Both the position numbers and the translations under genes were made by a program. This document shows positions 8,976 to 18,383 of a DNA stretch of 64,000 bases, one piece after another. Position 1 is the stretch's first letter. The number at the start of each line of letters is the position of its first letter. The stretch is from a bacterium (GTDB lineage Bacteria; Fidelibacterota; Fidelibacteria; Fidelibacterales; Fidelibacteraceae), in NCBI GenBank assembly GCA_963676395.1, contig OY781066.1:896001-960000 (forward strand), read 5' to 3'. The notes beneath the pieces are model-generated. The model had not been told where the DNA came from and searched no databases. It saw nothing but the letters and a program-made list of their open reading frames with translations.

Positions 8976-9890
8976 TTATCTATCAACTTCTGGCTTTTGG
9001 CTTCCGAACTCCGGCTCCGGAGGAAATATATCATTCCTAATCTCCATCAATTCCTCAACGGTATCAATCGAAGGATCTACTGGCACCAAAATTATCGGGT
9101 TCATACCCGGATCAGGATGCTGAATATTATTTGATTCCTGTTTTAAAATCTTCAGGGAAGCGTCAATTATAAATTGCTCTGAATTGTCAATCACATACCC
9201 AGTCAATGACCCATCTAAATTCAAGGTTAGATAATTTTCATATATTTCTCTTCGAGTAATATATATTTCTCCTTTAATTAATCCGGCAATACTGATCTCA
9301 ACAGTTACTCCCGGATGACCATCTTTATCGGGGTCAATTAAATTCGGGTCGTTTGGATCCGTTGACAGTGGTAATAAAGGATCTCCAACAATCCCTAAAA
9401 GCGTGGGGGTCGGCTCACGATAAAGCAACACTGTGCCATCACCGGTTAATCTTAAATTCACTTCCTGAATACGTGGTTTTATTGCTTGAACAGATGCATC
9501 GCTGAATTTTGAATTCACTATAGCCTGATTTATCTTTTGTGATGCTCTTACAAAAGAATCTTTTTGCATGAGCTTGCCATTTTCCAAATAAAAATCAGTA
9601 AAACCATAAGATATTATAAAAGTGCGCATAGGTGTTTTGGTTGTTGTATCTTCATATGATACAATATCGTAATGAGCATAATGACCGACTAAATTCTGTT
9701 TTACCACCTCCATATTGTTTTCTGCAAGAAGCGGTTCCGATGCGCTAAAATCATATAAAGGTGATCCGGGCCAAGCAAGTGGTTCCTGAGAACATGAGCT
9801 GAATATCAGAAGAAAGGATAAAAACATCAGACATAAAATAGTCCTTTGCCGATCATTCCTTTGTATAGCAAACAAGTATTGTTCTTTCAT
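8976..9890 (-). CDS. Hypothetical lipoprotein
   Basis: Hydrophobic stretch ending FSSC; DPDKDGHPG (DxDxDG-like) motif; 304-aa ORF. Confidence 0.7.
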   Translation of the reverse strand: MKEQYLFAIQRNDRQRTILCLMFLSFLLIFSSCSQEPLAWPGSPLYDFSASEPLLAENNMEVVKQNLVGHYAHYDIVSYEDTTTKTPMRTFIISYGFTDFYLENGKLMQKDSFVRASQKINQAIVNSKFSDASVQAIKPRIQEVNLRLTGDGTVLLYREPTPTLLGIVGDPLLPLSTDPNDPNLIDPDKDGHPGVTVEISIAGLIKGEIYITRREIYENYLTLNLDGSLTGYVIDNSEQFIIDASLKILKQESNNIQHPDPGMNPIILVPVDPSIDTVEELMEIRNDIFPPEPEFGSQKPEVDR

Positions 9891-10030
9891 GGGTTATCTC
9901 CCGTATAATTAAATAATTATACGAAATTTCAATTTCAAATAAAACAGCATTGTCATTTTAATGATATCTTTTTGATTTTTCTAATTTCCTTTGTAGTCTT
10001 TGTTATTAAAACATATTCCGGAGTCATTCT

Positions 10031-10816
10031 ATGAAACGAACATTTTTCATTTTCTTAATTTGCATTTCTACTTTTCTATCCGCTGAAACAAAGATCATTG
10101 CTCATCGCGGTTTTTCTGCCAAAGCACCCGAAAACACGTTAAGAGCTTTTAAACATGCTATTCGCAGCGGCGCAGAATATCTAGAATTGGACCTTCACAA
10201 ATCTAAGGACGATTCTATCATGGTCATCCATGATAAATATGTAGACAGAACAAGTTCTGATGGTTCTCGTGGAGCGGTAGCACAAATGACTTACGCAGAA
10301 TTACGAAAAGTTTGTGTTGGTTATTCAGATAAATTTGGAAAAAAATACAAACACGCCAAAATCCCAACCTTAAAAGAGACTTTATCTGCAACAAAAGGAA
10401 AGATCAAAGTCTGTATTGAAATAAAAGTTCACGATATCGAAAAAGATGTCATGAAAATTATCAACGACCTTAACATGAATAACGAAGTAATTATCTTTTC
10501 GTTTTACTATGATGTACTTGAAAAAATCAGAGAATTAGATGCGAATATTCCAATACTATATCTAAAAGGTAAAGCCACAGAAGAAACGCTTGAGCAAGCG
10601 CTTGCCATTTCGGCGCAAGCCGTGGGAATTGGCAGTCGCACGATGATCACGAAAAGTTACGTTGATCATGTTCACAAAAAAGGTCTTGAGCTTTGGCAAT
10701 GGACCGTCAACGAACCAAAAGATATGGAGCGTTTACTAGAGATGGACATAGATGGAATTATTACAAATTACCCGGATAAAGCGTTGGGTTTAAGAAAATT
10801 GAAAGCTAAAAATTGA
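10031..10816 (+). CDS. Glycerophosphodiester phosphodiesterase (secreted)
   Basis: IIAHRG..APENT, ELDLH, IHD, IEIK, WTVN, GIITNYP; signal peptide. Confidence 0.93.
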   Translation: MKRTFFIFLICISTFLSAETKIIAHRGFSAKAPENTLRAFKHAIRSGAEYLELDLHKSKDDSIMVIHDKYVDRTSSDGSRGAVAQMTYAELRKVCVGYSDKFGKKYKHAKIPTLKETLSATKGKIKVCIEIKVHDIEKDVMKIINDLNMNNEVIIFSFYYDVLEKIRELDANIPILYLKGKATEETLEQALAISAQAVGIGSRTMITKSYVDHVHKKGLELWQWTVNEPKDMERLLEMDIDGIITNYPDKALGLRKLKAKN

Positions 10817-11135
10817 GGCTGTTTAGTTTAATTTTATGCCCTGTTTTATAATCTAAAACCGAAATGTGAGCCCCTAAAGAATGAACGCCGGATAATAGAA
10901 TGTAAATGGTTTTTATTAATTCAACTGACTCAGTTTTCTTCATCTCCATAATATTTTAATCCTGCAAGTCGATAGAATTAATGCTCAAGTGGACCTTGAA
11001 TTTGGTATTATTCGGATCGAGGGCTAATTTCAATTCCACCCAAAAATCATTCTACCATTTAGACCCTGCTCCGCCCTTAGACTACCCTCCTACGTTTCTT
11101 TGGATCTAATAAAAAGCATAACGCCCTCTTCGTTG

Positions 11136-11603
11136 CTAATTTCTGCTAATGCTTTCCCTTAGTGAAACCATTTCTATCGCACTCATCACAGCATCCCAGC
11201 CTTTATTTCCGGCTTTGGTACCGGCGCGTTCCAGTGCCTGCTCAATACTATCAGTGGTAATAACTCCAAAAATGATCGGTTTACCGCTATCAAGTGAAAC
11301 CTTGGCAATACCTTTGCTAACTTCAGCAGCAACATAATCAAAATGCGGAGTCGCACCGCGAATCACAGCTCCCAAACACACAACAGCATCATAATCTTTG
11401 CCAGCCAACAGTTTCGCGGTAAGCGAAATTTCAAAAGCTCCCGGCACCCATGCGATATCAAGATCATTTTCACTACCGCCGTGACGTACAAAACAGTCCT
11501 TTGCGCCAGCTAGAAGTTCTTTGGTAATCAAATCATTAAATCGTGAAATCACAATGGCGATCTTCTGTCCCTTTGCGATAAGTTGTCCTTCGAAATGTTT
11601 CAT
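11136..11603 (-). CDS. ribH: 6,7-dimethyl-8-ribityllumazine synthase
   Basis: [38 protein letters not shown]. Confidence 0.97.
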   Translation of the reverse strand: MKHFEGQLIAKGQKIAIVISRFNDLITKELLAGAKDCFVRHGGSENDLDIAWVPGAFEISLTAKLLAGKDYDAVVCLGAVIRGATPHFDYVAAEVSKGIAKVSLDSGKPIIFGVITTDSIEQALERAGTKAGNKGWDAVMSAIEMVSLRESISRN

Positions 11604-11643
11604 ATATAGTTCTCCATGTTATTTGCTCTATTCAACCTCTTCC

Positions 11644-12885
11644 TTACTTTTGACTTTTGCCTTCAAGTATCATATGCTCCATTTTATCCCGCTTCGTCTC
11701 CAAATAAAACTTATTCTCTTCATTGGGTTCTATCTCTATCGGTACGCGTTCAATTATTTCTAAATCATAACCCGATAATCCGATAATCTTCTTAGGGTTG
11801 TTCGTCATCAATCGGATCTTATGAATACCCAAATCTTTAATAATTTGTGCACCTACACCATAATCACGCAAATCCGGTTGAAATCCCAATTCAATATTTG
11901 CTTCGACGGTATCCAATCCCCGATCCTGCAATTCGTATGCCATAAGTTTGTGCTTGAGACCAATGCCTCGACCTTCCTGCCTTAGATAGATCAAAGCGCC
12001 CTTGCCTTCTACAGCGATCTGTCGCAGTGCAGCATCCTTTTGTGCTCCGCAATCGCATCGGGCAGAATGAAAAACGTCCCCGGTAATACATTCGGAATGC
12101 ACTCTCAAAAGCACCGGCTCGTCTTCCTTAAATTCACCCATAGTGATGGCCAAATGTTCTTTGCCGTCCAACTGATCTTTATACATGGTAATATAGAAAT
12201 CACCATATCTGTTCGGAAATCTTACAGGTTTTTGTTTTTTAATAAAGCGTTCGTGCTTTCGACGGTAGCGAATCAAATCGGCAATGGTGATGATCTTGAT
12301 CTCGTATTTTTCAGCAAATTCCATTAGATTCGGTAAACGCATCATGGTCCCATCCTCATCCATGACCTCACACATCATTGCAACTGGGTTGACGTCTGCC
12401 AATTTACACAAATCCACCGATGCTTCGGTATGTCCGGTACGCCGTAACACACCACCTGCTTTCGCCGTGATCGGGAAAATATGCCCGGGTCGTCCCAGCT
12501 CTTTGGGTTGCGATATTTTATCTGCCAACACTTCAAAGGTCCTCGATCTATCCGCAGCGGATATACCGGTGCTTGTTCCTTCTACGGCATCCACCGAAAC
12601 GGTAAATCCTGTTTCATGCAATGATGAGTTCTGTCCCACCATGGGATGCAGTTCCAGTCGCTTGGCCGTACTCTCATCCACCGCCGCGCAGATCAGTCCG
12701 CGCGCTTTTCCTGCCACAAAATTAATGCTCTCGGCAGTTACAAATTCCCCAGCCTGTACAATATCTCCCTCATTTTCTCGTTGCGGATCATCCACTACAA
12801 GCAGCATCTTTCCCTGCCGAATATCTTCTATTGCTTCCTCAATACTATTAAACTTTCCTTCGTCATATAATTGCCGTTCAGTCAT
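11644..12885 (-). CDS. ribBA: Bifunctional DHBP synthase / GTP cyclohydrolase II
   Basis: DDPQRENEGD, RPGHIFP, GHTEA, RVHSEC.TGD...RCDC, QEGRGIGL, TNNPKK. Start 12885 gives an ATGA overlap with ribE. Confidence 0.97.
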   Translation of the reverse strand: MTERQLYDEGKFNSIEEAIEDIRQGKMLLVVDDPQRENEGDIVQAGEFVTAESINFVAGKARGLICAAVDESTAKRLELHPMVGQNSSLHETGFTVSVDAVEGTSTGISAADRSRTFEVLADKISQPKELGRPGHIFPITAKAGGVLRRTGHTEASVDLCKLADVNPVAMMCEVMDEDGTMMRLPNLMEFAEKYEIKIITIADLIRYRRKHERFIKKQKPVRFPNRYGDFYITMYKDQLDGKEHLAITMGEFKEDEPVLLRVHSECITGDVFHSARCDCGAQKDAALRQIAVEGKGALIYLRQEGRGIGLKHKLMAYELQDRGLDTVEANIELGFQPDLRDYGVGAQIIKDLGIHKIRLMTNNPKKIIGLSGYDLEIIERVPIEIEPNEENKFYLETKRDKMEHMILEGKSQK

Positions 12886-13517
12886 AATGTATATCCCCAT
12901 GTTCTGAGTTTGTCTTTACTAATTTTGTTTTCTTCCTTCTTCATTTTCATCACATATTTCCCAAGAATATCTGTCTCGATATTCACCTTATCCCCCATTT
13001 TTATTTTTCCAAGAATACTATGGCGCAGGGAAAACGGAATCACTGCAATACTGAATTCTCCACCACGCACACTCATTATAGTCAGCGATACGCCATCAAT
13101 AGCTACGCTGCCTTTATTCACCATTAAATCAGTAAGTGCACGCTCGCAAACGAAAGTCATTTCGACACTATCGCCGATAGTCTTGATAGATATTAAAGTC
13201 GCTTGGCCATCAATATGTCCCTGAACTATATGACCATCCAATCGCCCCGAAGCCGGCATACCGCGTTCAAGATTCACTTCGCTCCCACTACGCCAAAAAC
13301 GGCATGTACTGCGTTGAATTGTCTCGTGGACCGCATCTACAGTAATGCTATTTGCATTCTTTGCCATCACCGTCAGACAAATACCATTCACAGCAAGTGA
13401 GTCATCAATCTCGATTTCAGAAGCGATATCGGGAGCCGAAATAGTAATGGTTTTTCCGGTTGCGGTGGACGTGATGAATTGTATTTTACCGATGGTTTCG
13501 ATGATACCTGTGAACAT
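12882..13517 (-). CDS. ribE: Riboflavin synthase alpha chain
   Basis: MFTGII, NGICLTV, GHIVQGHID, IDGVSLT, VNIETD. Confidence 0.97.
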   Translation of the reverse strand: MFTGIIETIGKIQFITSTATGKTITISAPDIASEIEIDDSLAVNGICLTVMAKNANSITVDAVHETIQRSTCRFWRSGSEVNLERGMPASGRLDGHIVQGHIDGQATLISIKTIGDSVEMTFVCERALTDLMVNKGSVAIDGVSLTIMSVRGGEFSIAVIPFSLRHSILGKIKMGDKVNIETDILGKYVMKMKKEENKISKDKLRTWGYTL

Positions 13518-14663
13518 TTATTCTCCCAATGAGCGGACAAATGGATCCGCAGCAATGTTTTCCGTATAAGATTTTATAATGCCAGAAAAATACATATCAG
13601 AGCCAATCTGCTGCCATGTATGTGTTTTAAATTTCTGTGCATCGGGCATAAGTTTTTCGGGAATACGCATCATACGAATTCCGCTACCAAGAAGCATGGG
13701 GGCAATTACACAATCCACACGATCAATAAGATCTAGTTCTGCCAACATGCTATGAAGTCCGCCTCCACCTTCGCAGAGAATCGAATTCACCCCTTTCTTT
13801 CCAAGAATTTTCAAACCCTCGCGCAAGCTTCCGATCCCGGGTGTTTGACATTCTATCAATTCCACCCCCCAATTTTTCATCTGAGCACGCCATTGCAAGG
13901 TGGCTTGAGGTCCGCATATAACCATGGTAGAAATATCTTTTGCTCCTTGAACAAGTTTTAAATGCGTCGGCAGAGCACCCTCCGGATCATACACCACTCT
14001 TATCGGATCATCACCTTCGGCATCACGAACCGTTAACATAGGATCATCTTTTATGGCGGTGCCCAAGCCAATGAGGTCGGCATCCATACGAGCACGCATT
14101 TTATGCACAAGTACACGGGCAGCATCATTGGAAATCCATTGAGATATTCCATTTTTATCGGCAACATAACCATCTAAAGTAATGGCCATTTTGGCGATCA
14201 CATAAGGCAAATCTGTTTGCATTATTTTTATAAAAGGTTGATTCAATGCCAAACAATCTTCTTGCAATACATTTTCCACCACCTCGATACCCGCATCTTG
14301 CAATTGCTTTACACCCTTGCCGGCTACCAGAGGATTAGGATCTCGCATACCGATCACAACACGCTTAATGCCCGATCTGATAATTTTCTGCGTACAGGGA
14401 GGTGTCTTACCGGTATGACAACAAGGTTCCAGTGTGACATAAATATCACAGTCTCGTACATCCGGACCTGAATTATTAATGGCTTTAACCTCAGCATGCG
14501 GACCGCCGTAACATTCATGCCGACCACGTCCAATGATATTTCCATCTCGAACGACCACAGCTCCGGTTCTTGGATTTGGCGAGACCCGACAGCGTGTACT
14601 TTCTGCCATGCGTATCGCTTCACGCATCAGCGAACGCATGGGCGCAACATTTTTATTGTCCAT
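13518..14663 (-). CDS. ribD: Riboflavin biosynthesis deaminase/reductase
   Basis: PNP, HAE, LEPCCH.GKTPPC, DDP.LT, EGGG. Start moved to ATG 14663 because the track extension lies inside the riboswitch. Confidence 0.96.
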   Translation of the reverse strand: MDNKNVAPMRSLMREAIRMAESTRCRVSPNPRTGAVVVRDGNIIGRGRHECYGGPHAEVKAINNSGPDVRDCDIYVTLEPCCHTGKTPPCTQKIIRSGIKRVVIGMRDPNPLVAGKGVKQLQDAGIEVVENVLQEDCLALNQPFIKIMQTDLPYVIAKMAITLDGYVADKNGISQWISNDAARVLVHKMRARMDADLIGLGTAIKDDPMLTVRDAEGDDPIRVVYDPEGALPTHLKLVQGAKDISTMVICGPQATLQWRAQMKNWGVELIECQTPGIGSLREGLKILGKKGVNSILCEGGGGLHSMLAELDLIDRVDCVIAPMLLGSGIRMMRIPEKLMPDAQKFKTHTWQQIGSDMYFSGIIKSYTENIAADPFVRSLGE

Positions 14664-14688
14664 AAAAATTCCCCATGACTCGGGGAAG
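14664..14688 (-). terminator. Riboswitch expression platform: terminator/SD-sequestering hairpin
   Basis: TTCCCC-GAGTCAT-GGGGAA-TTTTT immediately before the ribD ATG; the left arm CTTCCCCGA is complementary to aptamer TCGGGGAAG. Confidence 0.75.
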
Positions 14689-14704
14689 AAAGAGGGTTCT
14701 ATGT

Positions 14705-14823
14705 TATCTTCTATCATCCGGACTATACCGTCGGCGACTGAATTTCACAGTCTCAGTCCATACTGTTGTACAGACTCGCGGGCTTTCACCGCCGGTAGGG
14801 ACATGCTCCCTTCCCCGAAGATA
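14705..14823 (-). ncRNA. FMN riboswitch (RFN element)
   Basis: TATCTTCGGGG...CCCTACCGGCGGT..AGCCCGCGA...CCGACGGTATAGTCCGGATGATAGAAGATA with P1 TATCTTC/GAAGATA, upstream of the rib operon. Confidence 0.95.
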
Positions 14824-14911
14824 CAAGAATATAGGAAGAGGAAAGAATAAAGACAAAAGATAAAAAGTTAAATCGTGGAATCGTTTAAGGATCCCTTGGT
14901 CATATAAATAC

Positions 14912-15139
14912 AACCGACTCGACTCGATATCAACTCAAGCGAGGCGGTTGCAAACAATATAAACCGACTCGGTTCCATTAGCTCAAAATCGAGTCGATCA
15001 TTTATTCAATCTTACATATCCTCACAATACTTGCCTCCAAATATATTTGTCGAGTTAACTCAACTTAAAGCATCTGTAATTAAGTCAATCATATTCTTTT
15101 GCATTAACTCAATAATAAAACACCTCAATTGATTCAATC
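14912..15139. repeat. Arrays of 13-bp palindromes (AACCGANTCGGTT family) at 25-bp period
   Basis: Units start at 14912, 14937, 14962, 14987; AT-decayed units start at 15053, 15078, 15102, 15127. Confidence 0.7.
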
Positions 15140-15304
15140 ATAACTTTTCACATATATGTCCCTGCTAATACCAAAATAAGATAAACACGCATGCTATTTA
15201 ATTCAATACTTTAACAATTCAGCAATTCAACCCCATTATTCTTAATCTCAGTCTTAACACTCAAATATCTTCCTCTTTATAAACTAAAGCATTAGATTAA
15301 AACC

Positions 15305-15934
15305 ATGGCACTAGAACAGCTCCTATCATTCATCATCGCCTCTGCAGTACTGACGATTCTGCCCGGGCCGGATAATATTTTCGTATTAACACAAAGTCTA
15401 ACACTAGGTAGACGCGAGGGTGTGTCCATTTCCCTTGGACTCGTATCCGGATTGATCGTACATACCTTTCTTGCTGCTTTTGGTATTTCTCTATTGATCT
15501 CACAATCCCCCACAGCTTTTGCGATCATAAAATATTTGGGGGCTGCTTACATATTCTATATAGCACTTATGGCATTAAATGAAAGATCCAATCAGGAAAT
15601 TCAGTTTAATGGCAGTACCCCAAAAGAACGATCCTTTGCGTCACTCTGGGCAAAAGGTTTTGTCATGAATCTCTTAAACCCCAAGGTCATCATTTTTTTC
15701 CTGGCTTTCTTTCCTCAATTTCTCATTAAAAGCTCTCTACCCAATCACTGGCAAATGGTCATTCTTGGCTTATGCTTTATGCTAATTGCCTTCATCATTT
15801 TTTCACTCATTGCTTTTCTCGCCGGATCTTTCAGTAAATATATTAACAAGCCGCGGTTTTGGCTTATGGTTAAATGGGTGAAGTTCTTTGTCTTAACGGG
15901 GATCGCTTTGGCCTTATTGCTGACATCACATTAA
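15305..15934 (+). CDS. LysE/RhtB-family translocator
   Basis: ILPGPDN, KYLGAAY, GF.MNLLNPK..FFLAFFPQF. Confidence 0.93.
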   Translation: MALEQLLSFIIASAVLTILPGPDNIFVLTQSLTLGRREGVSISLGLVSGLIVHTFLAAFGISLLISQSPTAFAIIKYLGAAYIFYIALMALNERSNQEIQFNGSTPKERSFASLWAKGFVMNLLNPKVIIFFLAFFPQFLIKSSLPNHWQMVILGLCFMLIAFIIFSLIAFLAGSFSKYINKPRFWLMVKWVKFFVLTGIALALLLTSH

Positions 15935-16169
15935 ACATCATACAAAAACACAAACCTTATTAGGTCACAAAGAATAAAATTAGTTCAATTTTGCATACTA
16001 TCTTCTGTCTTTAATTATTTGCACTGTAGGGTGACGTATTGTTTTGGTTTTTTTTATTTTCTCCCTAAATTCATGTAACGATATTTTACGTTTCAACAAA
16101 CATCGGGATTTATTCCCTAAAGTCGGATGTAGCATTCCCGGCACTTTTTGCATTGTATGGAGAACATGA

Positions 16170-17108
16170 ATGAAAGTCATTACCATCGCTCTCGGCGGTA
16201 ACGCACTCGGAAAAAACCCACAAGAACAACAAGAAAACATTGCGAAAGCTGTCCCTTCCTTAGTCGATCTGATCACTCAAGGACATAAGATCATTCTCAC
16301 TCACGGCAACGGCCCTCAGGTCGGCATGATCTATAACTCATTTGCCTATGGTTCTAAAAATTCCGACAGGATCGCCTCCATCGCTCTTCAAGAATGTACG
16401 GCCATGAGCCAAGGATATATCGGATATCATCTTCAGCAAGGTATTATGAAAGAACTTCGTCGCCTGGGTATGCCCTGGAATGTTGCCACCCTGGTTTCTC
16501 AGGTCTCTGTAGATCCAAATGATCCATCTTTTAAAAAACCCACTAAACCTATCGGTGATTTTTATACCAAAGAAGAAGCTGAATCGCTTATGACAGAAAA
16601 TCCTGATCAAATTTTCATGGAAGATGCCGGTCGTGGATGGCGGCGGGTGGTTGCATCACCTAAACCTATCTACATTGTCGAGCAAAAATCCATTCTTAAC
16701 CTTTTGGATCATAAATTCATTGTCATCACTTGTGGCGGTGGGGGTATTCCGGTCATAAAAGATGAACATAATAATTACCACGGTGTATCAGCCGTGATCG
16801 ACAAGGATTTTACCGGCGCCATGCTGGCCGATATTGTTGACGCGCACTACCTGTTTATCCTGACAGCTGTTGATCATGTTTGTTTAAATTTTGGTACCAA
16901 GAAAGAAAAAATCATTAAAGAAATGTCTGCCAAGCAGGCAAGAAAGTACATCAAAGCCGATCATTTTGCCGAAGGTTCCATGTTACCCAAAATCGAGGCC
17001 GCACTTCATTTCGTCGAGGCCGCACCTAACAGAAAAACCGTGATCACCTCATTGGAAAAAGCCAATTATGCAATGAGCGGTGAGGTTGGAACAGTGATTT
17101 ACAGTTAG
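16170..17108 (+). CDS. arcC: Carbamate kinase
   Basis: IALGGNAL, THGNGPQVG, PTKPIG, GRGWRRVVASP, CGGGGIPV, VIDKD, GSMLPK. Confidence 0.96.
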   Translation: MKVITIALGGNALGKNPQEQQENIAKAVPSLVDLITQGHKIILTHGNGPQVGMIYNSFAYGSKNSDRIASIALQECTAMSQGYIGYHLQQGIMKELRRLGMPWNVATLVSQVSVDPNDPSFKKPTKPIGDFYTKEEAESLMTENPDQIFMEDAGRGWRRVVASPKPIYIVEQKSILNLLDHKFIVITCGGGGIPVIKDEHNNYHGVSAVIDKDFTGAMLADIVDAHYLFILTAVDHVCLNFGTKKEKIIKEMSAKQARKYIKADHFAEGSMLPKIEAALHFVEAAPNRKTVITSLEKANYAMSGEVGTVIYS

Positions 17109-17244
17109 CTTATACACTGAGAAAATATATTATCATTAGTATAAAAACATTGAGGTGGACAAAAAATGGAAAATTAAACCTATTCTTAACTCTCATTTTT
17201 TTCTGCTAAGCACTCATTATCTCTAAACCCTTTGTTCACAACTC

Positions 17245-18375
17245 TTATTCGTACCCAAACTCTCTAAAATAAAAATCCAGATCCTTGCGCACTCTTATTT
17301 TCTGTTCAGGTGACAATTCTTTAAAGACGTTTTTTTTGTATCCTTTGACCTCTTCCAGGTGCTGTTTGATCTGGGGTTCCACTACCTTGAAATCAGGTAA
17401 ACTCAACTTTTCATAGATATTTTTAATCGTTTCATAAGGCTTTTCTGAAAGATCTTTATAAGCGATCTCAATTAGATTCCCTTCAGGGATTAAATGACGA
17501 TCATCCAAATATTTTCTGAGTGTTTCGCGCGATTCATACATGACCAGATCTTCTATCTCTTTATCAGAAACATCATGAAAAAATTGCGTGCGAACAACTT
17601 TATCATACATATGCAATGTTGACAAATAAACCGTATAGGGATCACGGTGTAAAAAGACAAACTTTGCGTGCGGAAATAATTCCAGCAATTCTTTGACACG
17701 TCCCGTATTATGCGGATTTTTCAATAGAAGGGGTTTGTAATTATTATAGACCGAAATATTCCTGAGCAAATAAATGAAATCCCGGCGCCATAAACGTTTT
17801 TCCCTAATGGAAATACCTTTAAAAACATTGTATTTATCAAAGTACATACGGTTTCTCGGAAAAAAGAACGTATGCATACCGGTACGAGTCGAGATCATGC
17901 TGAAAGGCTGTTCTTCTTCGGCGGGATAGGTGGGTCCAACTTTGATATTATCCTGCGACCGTTCATCGGGAAAAAGAGGTTTAGACAGAATCCGCATTAG
18001 TTTGGGACTGAGCAAGGCCACGGTAAAAATAAAGGCCTGATAATTGCTCAAGTACCCGAAGCGCTTATCCAGATGAAGCAAATTGTGCATAAACGTCGTG
18101 CCGGTTCGCCAGTGGCCAATTACGAACAGAGGTGGTTTATCTTCAAAATTGATCCGTTTTAGTCTTCCTCTAAATAAATTATTCTGCAATAATTGCAAAG
18201 GACGAGACAAATATGACATAAAAGCAATGCGTCGTGTCATGGGACGATATTTTTTATCGATCGTATTTTCTCGTTTCAATTTTCTCCACACATCGGGGCG
18301 AGATAAATACAGTGAATGTTGGGAGATCACATAGCGTTTCTTGGGGTTCTTATGATCATTTTGAATGATATCCAT
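17245..18375 (-). CDS. PAPS-dependent sulfotransferase (Sulfotransfer_3-like)
   Basis: 5'-PSB loop LFVIGHWRTGTT, LLKNP.N, 3'-PB FLHRDP...S; last gene of the cys cluster. Confidence 0.9.
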   Translation of the reverse strand: MDIIQNDHKNPKKRYVISQHSLYLSRPDVWRKLKRENTIDKKYRPMTRRIAFMSYLSRPLQLLQNNLFRGRLKRINFEDKPPLFVIGHWRTGTTFMHNLLHLDKRFGYLSNYQAFIFTVALLSPKLMRILSKPLFPDERSQDNIKVGPTYPAEEEQPFSMISTRTGMHTFFFPRNRMYFDKYNVFKGISIREKRLWRRDFIYLLRNISVYNNYKPLLLKNPHNTGRVKELLELFPHAKFVFLHRDPYTVYLSTLHMYDKVVRTQFFHDVSDKEIEDLVMYESRETLRKYLDDRHLIPEGNLIEIAYKDLSEKPYETIKNIYEKLSLPDFKVVEPQIKQHLEEVKGYKKNVFKELSPEQKIRVRKDLDFYFREFGYE

Positions 18376-18383
18376 ATTTTTTC

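Noticed and set aside
10806..10949. 47-aa minus-strand ORF containing VLDYKTG (nuclease-like word)
   Set aside because: Short, no upstream catalytic Asp context, overlaps the GDPD stop; likely chance.
14664..14913. ORF-track ribD extension and small ORFs at 14533-14913
   Set aside because: They lie within the FMN riboswitch and leader.
14912..14999. Mini-CRISPR array
   Set aside because: 13-bp repeats and 12-bp spacers are far too short, and there are no cas genes in the window.
16170..17108. Arginine deiminase operon
   Set aside because: Only carbamate kinase is present; no arcA/arcB nearby. Stand-alone arcC is not unusual.
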